A DNA stretch of 64,000 nucleotides from Acidobacteriota bacterium (GCA_027307335.1 DAHUXD010000039.1:11625-75624); one strand, 5' to 3'; shown: positions 17,349 to 26,969, counted from the first letter of the stretch. Made by a program: numbers and translations. Notes: generated by a model from the letters alone, not told the origin.

Positions 17349-19469
17349 ATGCGTGTCGGCCGCGTGAGGATCCGGCCGGCGCTGCTCGCCGGAGTCGCCC
17401 TCGCAGCGACCCTGGCGACGGCACGAGGCGGCGCGGCTCCCTCGCCCGCCGCCGGGGAGCCCTCCCCGCCGCGCTTCGACGTGACGATGGAGGAGGCGTG
17501 GATCCCGATGAAGGACGGGGTGCGTCTCGCGGCGGACGTGTGGCGTCCGAAGGGTCCCGGCGCGGACGGCCGCTTCCCCGTGCTCCTCGAGTACCTGCCG
17601 TACCGGAAGAACGAGAGCCGCGGCGAGATGCACACCGAGTACGCGTACTTCGTCCGTCGCGGCTACGTCGTCGCGCGCGTCGACATCCGCGGGACCGGCT
17701 CGAGCGACGGGACGCTCATCCCGTACGAGTACAGCGAGATCGAGCAGCGCGACGGCGAGGAGGTCATCGCGTGGCTCGCGAAGCAGAAGTTCTCGAACGG
17801 CAACGTCGGCATGTTCGGCATCTCGTGGGGCGGGTTCAACTCGATCCACATGGCGATGCGGCATCCGCCGGCGCTGAAGGCGATCGTGGCGATCGACGCG
17901 ACGGACGACCTGTACCACGACGACGTGCACTTCATGGACGGCATGATGCACGTCGACGACTGGGAGATGAGCCAGGACCTCGCGAACGCGATGCCCGCCG
18001 CGCCCGACTACCGGATCGACGAGGCGTACTTCCGCGACCGCTTCGACCAGCCGCCCTGGATGCTCGTCTACAAGCACCAGCAGCGCGACGGGCCGTTCTG
18101 GGACCGCACCGCGCTGAAGGCGCGCTACGAGTCGCTCCGGATCCCGACGTTCATGATCGGCGGCTGGTACGACGGGTATCGCGACAGCATCCCGCGCATG
18201 CTCGAGAAGGTAAAGGCGCCCACGAAGGCGATCGTTGGCGCGTGGGACCACACGTATCCCGACGAGCCCTACCCCAGGCCGGGCTTCGACGGCCGGCGCG
18301 AGATGGTGCGCTGGTTCGACCAGTGGCTGAAGGGGCGCGACACCGGCATCCTGCGCGAGCCGAAGCTCGCCGTGTACGTGCGCGAGTGGCACCCGCCGGG
18401 ACCGTACCTGGAGACCGCGCCCGGCTTCTGGCGCTACGAGGACGGCTGGCCGGTCGCGCGGATCCGCGATCGGGTCTTCTATCCGCATCCCGACGGCTCG
18501 TTGTCGAGCGAGCCCTCTGCATCCGCGGTTCACGCCGAGCTCCGGTGCGTGCCGACGAGTGGCGTCGAGGCGGGCGGCCCCGTCCTCTGGTTCGGCGACG
18601 TCGCGCCGGACCAGCGGCCGACGGACGCCTTCAGCCTCGTCTACGAGACGCCGCCGCTCGAGGAGCCCGTCGAGATCCTGGGACTGCCGCGCGCGCTGCT
18701 GAAGGTGTCCGCCGACGCGCCGCTCGCGCACTGGTTCGCGCGCGTCAACGACGTCGCGCCGGACGGAACGGTCACGCTCGTCGCGAACGCGGGAGAGAAC
18801 GGCTCGCACCGGGAGTCGGCGCGCGACCCGAAGGCGATCGTGCCGGGGCAGACGTTTCCGCTCGAGATCCGGCTGCACTTCACGTCCTGGGTCTTCCCGA
18901 AGGGCCACCGCATCCGCCTCGCGGTCTCGAACGCGCAGTGGCCGATGATCTGGCCGACGCCGTACCCGACGACGACGTCGCTCTGGATGGGCGCGGACGG
19001 CTCGCGGCTGCTGCTGCCGGTCGTGCCTCCGGGCGGAAACGAAGGACCGAGGCCGGAGTACCTGCCGATCCCGCCGCCCGAGCCGGAGCTTCCGGGCTTC
19101 GGCACGATCGATTCGGAGACGCCGTCCGGGTACGGCGAGATCTCGTCGATCGACCGGAACCCGCGGACCGGCCATGCGACGGTCTCCGCGACCAACGCGA
19201 GCGGGCACCGTTATCCGTGGGGCGAGGAGCGGCGGACGGGGCGGTTCGTGCACGAGGCCGAGAACGACAAGCCGGAGCAGGCGTCGGTCCGCGGCGAATA
19301 CTCGACCGAGGTGAAGCTGCCCGACCGGACGCTCCGGTGGGAGTGCGTCGTCACGATGACGAGCGATCGCGCGAACTTCTACTACGAGCACGAGCGCCGA
19401 CTCCTGAAAGACGGCGTCCTGGTGCGCGAGAAGAGCTGGAAGGAGACGTTTCCCAGGGACTTCCAGTGA
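17349..19469 (+). CDS. CocE/NonD family hydrolase (peptidase S15), secreted; alternative GTG start at 17328
   Basis: IPMKDGVRLAAD, RGTGSSDG, nucleophile GISWGG, GGWYDGY. Confidence 0.9.
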   Translation: MRVGRVRIRPALLAGVALAATLATARGGAAPSPAAGEPSPPRFDVTMEEAWIPMKDGVRLAADVWRPKGPGADGRFPVLLEYLPYRKNESRGEMHTEYAYFVRRGYVVARVDIRGTGSSDGTLIPYEYSEIEQRDGEEVIAWLAKQKFSNGNVGMFGISWGGFNSIHMAMRHPPALKAIVAIDATDDLYHDDVHFMDGMMHVDDWEMSQDLANAMPAAPDYRIDEAYFRDRFDQPPWMLVYKHQQRDGPFWDRTALKARYESLRIPTFMIGGWYDGYRDSIPRMLEKVKAPTKAIVGAWDHTYPDEPYPRPGFDGRREMVRWFDQWLKGRDTGILREPKLAVYVREWHPPGPYLETAPGFWRYEDGWPVARIRDRVFYPHPDGSLSSEPSASAVHAELRCVPTSGVEAGGPVLWFGDVAPDQRPTDAFSLVYETPPLEEPVEILGLPRALLKVSADAPLAHWFARVNDVAPDGTVTLVANAGENGSHRESARDPKAIVPGQTFPLEIRLHFTSWVFPKGHRIRLAVSNAQWPMIWPTPYPTTTSLWMGADGSRLLLPVVPPGGNEGPRPEYLPIPPPEPELPGFGTIDSETPSGYGEISSIDRNPRTGHATVSATNASGHRYPWGEERRTGRFVHEAENDKPEQASVRGEYSTEVKLPDRTLRWECVVTMTSDRANFYYEHERRLLKDGVLVREKSWKETFPRDFQ

Positions 19470-19560
19470 CTCTCGAGACACCTTTAATTTGGAACGGTCG
19501 GATGAATCCGCTGAATCCCGCCTCGATTCCGGTGTCTAGTTCGTCGTGGAGGGTGCCGCC

Positions 19561-20100
19561 ATGTCGACGAGTCAGGCTGCCGTGAACGTCTCGGGCAAGA
19601 AAGAGTCCCCGGGGGCGAGCGCGCGCGCGCGGGCGCTCGCCGAGCGCATCGAGGCGGGGGCGCGCGAGCTCGCGGCCTTCGCCGAGGGGCTTTCCGACGC
19701 GGAGTGGAAGACGCCGATGGCGTCGGGCACCGACCGGCGGACGGTCGGCGTGATCGTCCACCACGTCGCGAACATGTACCCGATCGAAGTGGATGTCGCG
19801 AAGACCGTCGCGGGCGGCGGCGCGGTGGACGTGACCTGGGACGCCGTGGCCGACATCAACGCGAAGCACGCCGCCGAGACCGCGGGCGTGACGAAGACGG
19901 CCGCGATCGAGCTGCTGCGGAGGAACAGCCGCGCGGCGGCCGAGGCCGTGCGCGGACTCACGGACGAGGAGCTCGACCGCGCCGCGCCGTTCGGCCTCTC
20001 CTACGGCGCGCCGATGACGGCGCAGTTCGTGATCGAGGACCACGCCCTGCGCCACAGCTGGCACCACCTGGCGCGGATCAGGAAGGCGCTCAAGCGCTGA
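19561..20100 (+). CDS. DinB-like protein
   Basis: RTVGVIVHHVA; HSWHHL. Confidence 0.7.
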   Translation: MSTSQAAVNVSGKKESPGASARARALAERIEAGARELAAFAEGLSDAEWKTPMASGTDRRTVGVIVHHVANMYPIEVDVAKTVAGGGAVDVTWDAVADINAKHAAETAGVTKTAAIELLRRNSRAAAEAVRGLTDEELDRAAPFGLSYGAPMTAQFVIEDHALRHSWHHLARIRKALKR

Positions 20101-20129
20101 GGCCGCATCGGCGGTCATCGAGCAGTCCC

Positions 20130-20660
20130 GTGAATTTTCGGTTCGACGAGGCGGTGCCGGTGCTGTCGCGGACGCCGGCCGTCCTTCGCGGCTGGCTCGC
20201 GGACCTTCCCGCTCGCTGGACGTCCGCGACCGAGGGACCCGGGACCTGGAGCCCCTACGACGTCGTCGGCCACCTGATCCATGCCGAGCGTACCGACTGG
20301 ATCCCCCGCGCGGAGCACATCCTGCGGCGCGGCGAGTCGGTGCCGTTCCCGCCGTTCGACCGCGAGGCGATGTTCGCGGCGTCGCGAGGACGGTCGCTCG
20401 GGGACTTGCTCGACACCTTCGAGGCGCTGCGCCGCGATAGCCTCGCGCGGCTGGAGGGGTTTCATCTGACCGAGGCCGACCTGTCCCGCCGCGGGCTTCA
20501 TCCGGAGCTCGGCTCCGTCACGCTCGGGCAGCACCTCGCGACGTGGGTCGCGCACGACATGAGCCATCTCGCCCAGGTCGTGCGCACGATGGCGCGGCAG
20601 TACACGGAGGCCGTGGGGCCGTGGGTCGCGTACCTGTCGGTGCTCAAGGCGCGTGGATGA
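20130..20660 (+). CDS. DinB family protein
   Basis: WSPYDVVGHL, GLHPELG, WVAHDMSHLAQ. Confidence 0.9.
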   Translation: MNFRFDEAVPVLSRTPAVLRGWLADLPARWTSATEGPGTWSPYDVVGHLIHAERTDWIPRAEHILRRGESVPFPPFDREAMFAASRGRSLGDLLDTFEALRRDSLARLEGFHLTEADLSRRGLHPELGSVTLGQHLATWVAHDMSHLAQVVRTMARQYTEAVGPWVAYLSVLKARG

Positions 20661-21136
20661 CTCCGGAAACCGTCGCCCGCGATCTCCGGGAAGCCGTCGG
20701 TGCGGCGGCTCCGCGCCTCGAGGCGCTGTCCGAGGAGGACGCGAGCCGTCCGCTCGCCCCCGGCAAGTGGTCGCCGAAGGAAGTGATCGGCCACCTGATC
20801 GACTCGGTCTCGCACAATCACCAGCGCTTCGTGCGCGCGCGGTTCGTGGACCATCTCGAGTTCGTCGGGTACGAGCAGGACCGCTGGGTGGCGGAGCAGC
20901 GCTACGGGTCGGTGCCGTGGACGGAGCTCATCACGCTGTGGCGCCTCTACAACCTGCACCTCGCGCGCGTCATCGAGGGAACGCCGCCGGGCGTCGGCGA
21001 GTCGCCGCGGATGCGGCACAACCTGGACCAGATCGCTTGGAAGCCGGTGCCGCGGGACCGGCCGGCGACGCTGCTCTACTTCATGGACGACTACGTCGGG
21101 CACTTGAAGCACCACCTGAAACAGGTGCTCGGCTGA
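20657..21136 (+). CDS. DinB family protein
   Basis: KWSPKEVIGHLIDS, YVGHLKHHL. Confidence 0.9.
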   Translation: MTPETVARDLREAVGAAAPRLEALSEEDASRPLAPGKWSPKEVIGHLIDSVSHNHQRFVRARFVDHLEFVGYEQDRWVAEQRYGSVPWTELITLWRLYNLHLARVIEGTPPGVGESPRMRHNLDQIAWKPVPRDRPATLLYFMDDYVGHLKHHLKQVLG

Positions 21137-21152
21137 TCGCGCGGTCCGTCCC

Positions 21153-21749
21153 GTGAGGGGCTCCGTCTTCGTCGGCGTGAGCGTCGACGGGTTCATGGCC
21201 CGCCCCGACGGACGTTTCGACTTTCTTCCCGAGGGCGGCGGCGAGGAGCACGGCTACACGGAGTTCATGGCCTCGGTGGACGCGCTCGTCATCGGCCGCA
21301 AGACCTACGAGGTGGTGCTCGCCTTTCCCGGCTGGGCCTACGGAAAGAAGCCCGTGTACGTCCTGAGCTCGAAGCCTCTCGCGCCGGCGCCCGAGGGCGC
21401 GGTCGTCGAGAGGATGTCGGGCGATCCGCGGGCGATCGCGGCGGCGCTCGACGCGCGCGGCGTCGGGCACGCCTACGTCGACGGCGGCGAGACGATCCAG
21501 GCTTTCCTGCGGGCCGGACTGATCCAGCGGCTGATCGTCACGCGGGTGCCCGTTCTCGTCGGCGAGGGCATTCCGCTCTTCGGCGCCACCGGCGGCGACG
21601 TCGCGCTCCGGCACGTCGAGACGCGCACCTACGCGGGCGGCCTCGTCAAGAGCGAATACGAGGTGCTCGGCTCGCGGCGGAGGAACGCCGCGTCGGAAAC
21701 GCGGGCCTCGCGAAGCGAGGGACGGGGTTCCGAAGGAGAAGGCACGTAA
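21153..21749 (+). CDS. Dihydrofolate reductase-like / RibD C-terminal family protein
   Basis: VSVDGFMAR, IGRKTYE, YVDGG, GEGIPLF. Confidence 0.9.
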   Translation: MRGSVFVGVSVDGFMARPDGRFDFLPEGGGEEHGYTEFMASVDALVIGRKTYEVVLAFPGWAYGKKPVYVLSSKPLAPAPEGAVVERMSGDPRAIAAALDARGVGHAYVDGGETIQAFLRAGLIQRLIVTRVPVLVGEGIPLFGATGGDVALRHVETRTYAGGLVKSEYEVLGSRRRNAASETRASRSEGRGSEGEGT

Positions 21750-21784
21750 CGCCGGGAGCCGCGCCGCCGATTACACTGGAGACG

Positions 21785-22237
21785 GTGAGGTCGAAGAGGA
21801 AGGGCGAAGGCGCTCCCGTGGTCCCGTTCCCGCGGCGGGCGGGCAGCGGCGCTCCGCTCCCCGGGGAGACGCCGGCGGAGAGCGCCGCGGCTGCCCTCGA
21901 GCGTCGGCTCCGCCGCGTCACGCGGACCATCCTCGCCGTGGGCTTCGGCGCGGCGGTCGTCGCGTGGATCGTCGCCGGCGCCCGTCCCGAGAACCCGCTC
22001 GGCTACGACCCGCTCGACAACAAGAAGTACATCCACGACCTGCAGGTGTACGGCGGCACCGCCAACGTCCTCGCGGCCGAGTTCCGCGAGTGGTTCGCGG
22101 GACTCTGGTACGGCAGGAACCTGGCGTACACGATCGCCGTGCTGACCGTTCTCGTCGTGCTCGTCGTCCGCTTCACCCTGCTGACGAATCCGTCCGCGGA
22201 CGACGAGACCGCGGGAACGCGGGAGGACGCGTCATGA
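21785..22237 (+). CDS. Hypothetical membrane protein (2 TM)
   Basis: Two hydrophobic segments flanking KKYIHDLQVYGGTAN. Confidence 0.7.
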   Translation: MRSKRKGEGAPVVPFPRRAGSGAPLPGETPAESAAAALERRLRRVTRTILAVGFGAAVVAWIVAGARPENPLGYDPLDNKKYIHDLQVYGGTANVLAAEFREWFAGLWYGRNLAYTIAVLTVLVVLVVRFTLLTNPSADDETAGTREDAS

Positions 22238-22653
22238 GGAAGGCGCCGCGTCTCTTTCGGATCGCGCTCGAGGTGGGGAACGGCGCGAAGGCCGCGAAGT
22301 TCTACGAGCGGCTGCTCGGCGTGGCCGGGAGAGCGGTCGGCGGCGGCCGGCACTACTTCGACTGCGGCGGCGTCATCCTCGCGCTCGTCGAGGTCTCGCG
22401 GCGGGGTTCCGGAGGCAACGCCGGGCCCGAGCCGGCGCCCGAGAACGTCTACCTCGCCGTCGCGAACCTCGCGGCGGTCCACGCGCGCGCCCGGTCGCTG
22501 CGCTGCCTCTCGAAGGAGAAGGTGCACGACGAGCCGGGGGGCGCGATCGTGCGGCGGCCCTGGGGCGAGCGCTCGTTCTATGCCCTGGACCGCGACCGGA
22601 ACCCGCTCTGTTTCGTCGACGCGCGGACGCTCTTCACCGGCCGCCGCGACTGA
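22234..22653 (+). CDS. VOC family protein
   Basis: FYERLLG, RPWGERSFY..D.D.NPLCF. Confidence 0.85.
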   Translation: MRKAPRLFRIALEVGNGAKAAKFYERLLGVAGRAVGGGRHYFDCGGVILALVEVSRRGSGGNAGPEPAPENVYLAVANLAAVHARARSLRCLSKEKVHDEPGGAIVRRPWGERSFYALDRDRNPLCFVDARTLFTGRRD

Positions 22654-22707
22654 CGGTTCGCCGGCATCGTCCGCTTCCGGTATCGTTGCCGGGGAAGGGC
22701 GGCGGCC

Positions 22708-23259
22708 ATGGGTGACGCGACGGCGTGGATCGATCAGGGCAGGCGGGCCCGGCGCGAGGGCCGTCCGGACGACGCGCGCCGCGCCTACGCCGAGGCGATC
22801 GAAGCGTGCCGCGGACCCGCGCATCGGCGCCTGCTCCTCGAGGCCCTGAGGGGACTTGCGCGGATCGAGCGGGACCTCGGCGATCCCGCGGCCGCGCTGG
22901 CGCTGTACGAGGAGGCGGTCGCGGTGGCCCGCCAGACGGACGACGCGCTCACACTCGCGCACACGGTGCGGCACCTCGGCGACGTCCACCGCGAAACCGG
23001 CCGAGACGATCTCGCCGAGCCGTTCTATCGCGAAGCGCTCGCGATCTATCGCGGCCACCCGGAAACGGCGCCGCTCGAGCTCGCGAACGCGATCCGGCCT
23101 CTCGCGATCGTGGAGGAGAGGGCCGGCCGCTCCGCCGAGGCGCGGCGGCTCTGGCACGAGGCGCGCGATCTCTACGCCGCCGCGGGCGTCGAGGCGGGGT
23201 ATGCCGAATGCGCGAGCCGCATGGAGGCGCTTCCGGCGCCCGAGGAGCCTCTCCCGTGA
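22708..23259 (+). CDS. Tetratricopeptide repeat protein
   Basis: TPR-like helices (ALALYEEAVA, HTVRHLGDVH, AEPFYREAL). Confidence 0.8.
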   Translation: MGDATAWIDQGRRARREGRPDDARRAYAEAIEACRGPAHRRLLLEALRGLARIERDLGDPAAALALYEEAVAVARQTDDALTLAHTVRHLGDVHRETGRDDLAEPFYREALAIYRGHPETAPLELANAIRPLAIVEERAGRSAEARRLWHEARDLYAAAGVEAGYAECASRMEALPAPEEPLP

Positions 23260-23335
23260 CGGACGATCGGGCGCTGGCACGTGACATCCGCGTCGACGGC
23301 GGACGCCACGAGTACGCCCTCGACGACAGCTTGCC

Positions 23336-23695
23336 GTGACGCGGCGCCGCGCCGCACGCTCCGCCGCCGCGCCCAATCGATTCGAGCGCGTCTACGCCGT
23401 CGTGCGGCGGATTCCCCGCGGGCGCGTCGCGACGTACGGGCAGGTCGCCGCGCTGGCGGGCCTGCCGGGGCACGCGCGCTTCGTCGGGTACGCGCTCGCG
23501 GCGCTGCCGGCCGGGAGCCGGGTGGCCTGGCAGCGCGTCGTGAACGCCCAGGGTCGGGTGAGCCCGCGGCGGGACGGATCCGGCGTCGAGGCGCTGCAGG
23601 CGGCGATCCTCCGCCGCGAGGGCGTCCGCTTCGGGCGGGAGGGCGCGATCGCGCTCGCCGCGTTCCGCTGGAACCCGGGATACGTCCGACGATAG
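23336..23695 (+). CDS. Alkyltransferase-like protein (ATL/YbaZ, MGMT family lacking the catalytic Cys)
   Basis: IPRGRVATYGQVA, ARFVG; AWQRVVN in place of PCHRV. Confidence 0.85.
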   Translation: MTRRRAARSAAAPNRFERVYAVVRRIPRGRVATYGQVAALAGLPGHARFVGYALAALPAGSRVAWQRVVNAQGRVSPRRDGSGVEALQAAILRREGVRFGREGAIALAAFRWNPGYVRR

Positions 23696-23708
23696 GCTCG
23701 CGCGTCGG

Positions 23709-24329
23709 ATGATCTCGGCGTCGGAAGCGCTCGATCGGCTGCGCGAGGGGAACGGGCGCTTCGTCCGGAACGTCCGGGACTCGTCCGGGCTCGTCGGCGA
23801 GGCGCGGCGCGCCCAGCTCGTGGACGGACAGGAACCGTTCGCGATCGTGCTCGGATGCTCGGACTCGCGGGTGCCGGCCGAGCTCGTGTTCGACCAGGGC
23901 TTCGGCGACCTCTTCGTGATCCGCGTCGCCGGCAACATCGTCGCGCCCTCGCAGGTCGGCAGCGTCGAGTTCGGGGCGGAGCGCTTCGGCACGCCGCTCG
24001 TCGTCGTGCTCGGCCACACGCGCTGCGGCGCGATCCTCGCGACGCTCGAGGCCCTCCGACAGGCGAGGCCCGGCTCGTCCCGCAACCTGCGCTCGATCGT
24101 CGACCGCGTCCGGCCGTCGGTCGAGCCGCTGCTGAAGACGGATCTCGCCGGCGACCCGAACCGTCTCGTCGCGGCCGCCGTGCGCGCGAACATCCGCGCG
24201 TCGACGGCGCACCTGCGGTCGGGCTCCGAGATCCTCGAGAGCCTGATCCTGGGCGGGCGGCTGGCCGTCGTCGGCGCGGAGTATTCGCTCGAGACCGGAG
24301 TGGTCGACTTCTTCGACGGCGCGGCGTGA
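23709..24329 (+). CDS. Beta-class carbonic anhydrase
   Basis: CSDSRVP, RVAGN, GHTRCGA zinc ligands. Confidence 0.95.
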   Translation: MISASEALDRLREGNGRFVRNVRDSSGLVGEARRAQLVDGQEPFAIVLGCSDSRVPAELVFDQGFGDLFVIRVAGNIVAPSQVGSVEFGAERFGTPLVVVLGHTRCGAILATLEALRQARPGSSRNLRSIVDRVRPSVEPLLKTDLAGDPNRLVAAAVRANIRASTAHLRSGSEILESLILGGRLAVVGAEYSLETGVVDFFDGAA

Positions 24330-25024
24330 TCGCCGTCGCGGCGGCACTGGCGCTCGCGCTCCGGCTCCTCCCGGCGGGCGGCGCGCCGAAGCACGCCGAG
24401 TATGCGGCGCGCTGGGACCCCTCCGCCGGAGGACCGGCGACTTCCGCCGAGGTCCTCTCGCGCCTGGGGCTCGCGGCGTCGGCCGCGGGTACCGCGTGCG
24501 AGATCCGCTACTACGACCTGCCCCCGCCCGAGGGCGCCCCGAAGGGCGCCGCGGTCATCCTGCGCCGCCGCGCCTGCGACGACGGGACCGTGGAGATCCG
24601 CCTGAAATACCGCACGGCGCATCCCCTGGACGCATGGGAATGCCCGCCCGGCCTCGGCTCCGCCTCGAGCGAGGTCGACGTCGGGCTCGGCGCCGAGGCG
24701 CCGTCGCGCGTCGACGCGTACGCCTGCACGCTCTCGGCGGACGCGCCGCCGGCCTCGCTCCGCGCCTCCGCGAAGCCGTGCGTTTCGCGCATGACGCGCG
24801 TCACGGCGCGGACCGGCGGCGGCAGCGGGCACCTCAAGGTCGAGGACTGGACGCTCCCCGGCGGCGCACGCCGCCTGGAGGTATCGCAGAAGGGCCGCGA
24901 CGACGTCGACGCGCTCGCCGCGTTCCAGGCCGTCGTCGAGCGGCTGCGGGAGGCGGGCGCGCGCTTCCTGGACGAGAGCAAGACGGAGCTCGGGAGCCGC
25001 TGTCCCGACGGCGCGGCGCGATGA
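24326..25024 (+). CDS. Secreted hypothetical protein, possibly CYTH-like fold
   Basis: Signal peptide; EIRYYD...ILRRR...IRLKYR...LEVS pattern. Confidence 0.5.
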   Translation: MIAVAAALALALRLLPAGGAPKHAEYAARWDPSAGGPATSAEVLSRLGLAASAAGTACEIRYYDLPPPEGAPKGAAVILRRRACDDGTVEIRLKYRTAHPLDAWECPPGLGSASSEVDVGLGAEAPSRVDAYACTLSADAPPASLRASAKPCVSRMTRVTARTGGGSGHLKVEDWTLPGGARRLEVSQKGRDDVDALAAFQAVVERLREAGARFLDESKTELGSRCPDGAAR

Positions 25025-25070
25025 GCGCCCTCCGCGCCGCGCGCCGGTATGATCGCGCGCGGAACGGATC

Positions 25071-25538
25071 ATGGCCGGACGCATCGACACGCGCCTGAAG
25101 GAGCTCGACATCGAGCTGCCGACGCCGAGCACGCCCGGCGCGAACTACGTGCCGTTCGTCCGCTCGGGGACGCTCCTGTTCCTGACGGGCCAGCTCTCGC
25201 AATGGAACGGCGAGCGGCGGTTCGTCGGCAAGCTCGGCCGCGAGTGGAGCGTCGAGCAGGGGCGCGAAGCCGCGCGGCTCTGCGGGCTGAACCTCATCGC
25301 CCACCTGCGGACGGCGGCGGGCGGCGACCTCGACCGGGTGCGCCGCTGCGTGCGGCTCGCCGGTTACGTCAACTCGACGCCCGATTTCCTCGCGCAGTCG
25401 CAGGTGATGAACGGCGCGTCCGACCTCTTCGTCGACGTGTTCGGCGACGCGGGCCGGCACGCGCGCATGGCCGTGGGCGTCGCGGCGCTCCCCTACGACG
25501 TCGCCGTGGAGGTGGAGGGGGTGTTCGATGTCGAGTGA
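25071..25538 (+). CDS. RidA family protein (YabJ-like 1 / Rid subfamily)
   Basis: ANYVP, TGQL, NGASDL, GRHARMAVG, AVEVE. Confidence 0.9.
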   Translation: MAGRIDTRLKELDIELPTPSTPGANYVPFVRSGTLLFLTGQLSQWNGERRFVGKLGREWSVEQGREAARLCGLNLIAHLRTAAGGDLDRVRRCVRLAGYVNSTPDFLAQSQVMNGASDLFVDVFGDAGRHARMAVGVAALPYDVAVEVEGVFDVE

Positions 25539-25971
25539 GCGTTTCCACCAGGGATCGCGGGTTGCCGCCCTGTTCCTGGCGACCGCCGCGGCCCTCGCCG
25601 TCCCCGCCCCCGTCGCCGAGGTCCTGGGCGACTGGCGCGGCACATCGACCTGCGTGAAGAGCGCCGAGTTTTCGAGCTGCCGCGACGAGGTCGTCGTGTA
25701 CGAATTCCGGAAGGCGGCCGCGGAGGACGAGAGGGTGACCCTCACCGCCTACAAGATCGTGGACGGCGAGAAGCAGCTGATGGGCGAGTTCTACCTCACC
25801 TGGGATCCGAAGCAGGGCGCATGGACGAAGGACTTCCAGAACGAGCGCTACCACGGGCTGTTCACCTACGTCGTCCGCGGCGACGAGATCACGGGCACCC
25901 TCGTGGATCTGCCCTCGAGGCACGTCATCCGGAACATCTCGGTCCGGCGCGAGAAGCCCGCCAACCGGTGA
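25528..25971 (+). CDS. Secreted hypothetical beta-barrel-like protein
   Basis: Signal peptide; LGDWRGTSTC..CRDEVVVYEF. Confidence 0.65.
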   Translation: MSSERFHQGSRVAALFLATAAALAVPAPVAEVLGDWRGTSTCVKSAEFSSCRDEVVVYEFRKAAAEDERVTLTAYKIVDGEKQLMGEFYLTWDPKQGAWTKDFQNERYHGLFTYVVRGDEITGTLVDLPSRHVIRNISVRREKPANR

Positions 25972-26023
25972 GGGCAACGTCGGTGGCGCGCAGGAGTGCT
26001 CGCGCCGCGGACCGGAGGGTGCG

Positions 26024-26446
26024 ATGGTCGGGGCGAAGAACAAGACCCAGAAGACGGAAGCGAGCGTCGCGAAGTTCCTCTCCGGACTCGACGCGGAGCG
26101 GCAGGCGGACTGCCGGAAGCTCGCCGCGATGCTGAAGCGCGTCACGAAGGCGGAGCCGAAGATGTGGGGCGCGAACATCGTCGGCTTCGGGGAGCACCGG
26201 CTGAAGTACGAGAGCGGGCGCGAGCTCGACTGGTTCGTCGTCGGGTTCTCGCCGCGCGAGGCCGCGCTGACGCTCTACGGAATGGGCGGCGCGAAGCTCG
26301 ACGCCGCGACCGCGAAGCGCCTCGGGAAGCACGAGACGGGCGGCGGCTGTCTGTACATCCGGAAGCTCGAGGACGTCGATAAGAAGGTGCTCGAGGAGAT
26401 CGTACGGAAGTCGGTCGGACGGATGCGGGCGAAGGTACGGGCATGA
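26024..26446 (+). CDS. DUF1801 domain protein
   Basis: PKMWGANIVGFG, GFSPR, LGKH..G.GCLYI. Confidence 0.9.
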   Translation: MVGAKNKTQKTEASVAKFLSGLDAERQADCRKLAAMLKRVTKAEPKMWGANIVGFGEHRLKYESGRELDWFVVGFSPREAALTLYGMGGAKLDAATAKRLGKHETGGGCLYIRKLEDVDKKVLEEIVRKSVGRMRAKVRA

Positions 26447-26892
26447 GGCGGCGAGCGGGCGCGGCCGTCGTCCTCCTCCTGCTCGCGGGCGGCGCGACGC
26501 GGCGGGCCCGGGCGGACGACCCGCTGCCGCCGCCCGTGACGCTGCCGCCCGAGCTCGCGCGCGTGCTGACGGACTACGAGACCGCGTGGCGCGCTCACGA
26601 TGCGCGGGTGCTCGCCCGGCTCTTCGCCGAGGACGGCTTCGCGCTCTCGCCGAGCTCGCCGCCCGCCCGGGGCCGCGCCGCGATCGAGAGGCACTACGCG
26701 AATGCCGGCGGCGACCTGTCGCTGCGCGCGTACGCGTATGCCGTCGACGGCCGGATCGGCTACATCGTCGGGGGCTTCGGCCGCACCGGCGAGCCGGAGG
26801 GCGGTAAGTTCACGCTGACGCTCGTCAAGGGCGGCGACGGCCGCTGGCTGATCTTCTCCGACATGGACAACGGGAACGAACGCCGCAATTGA
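26443..26892 (+). CDS. Secreted NTF2-like / DUF4440 protein
   Basis: Signal peptide; LFAEDG, GRAAI..Y, GKFTLTL..WLI.SDM. Confidence 0.8.
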   Translation: MRRRAGAAVVLLLLAGGATRRARADDPLPPPVTLPPELARVLTDYETAWRAHDARVLARLFAEDGFALSPSSPPARGRAAIERHYANAGGDLSLRAYAYAVDGRIGYIVGGFGRTGEPEGGKFTLTLVKGGDGRWLIFSDMDNGNERRN

Positions 26893-26969
26893 CCGCCGGG
26901 ACCAGGCGGTCCGCTCCCGGGTTCCGGTCGCGGCGGAGTTTTGACAAGATGCGCGCTCACGGAGGATCC

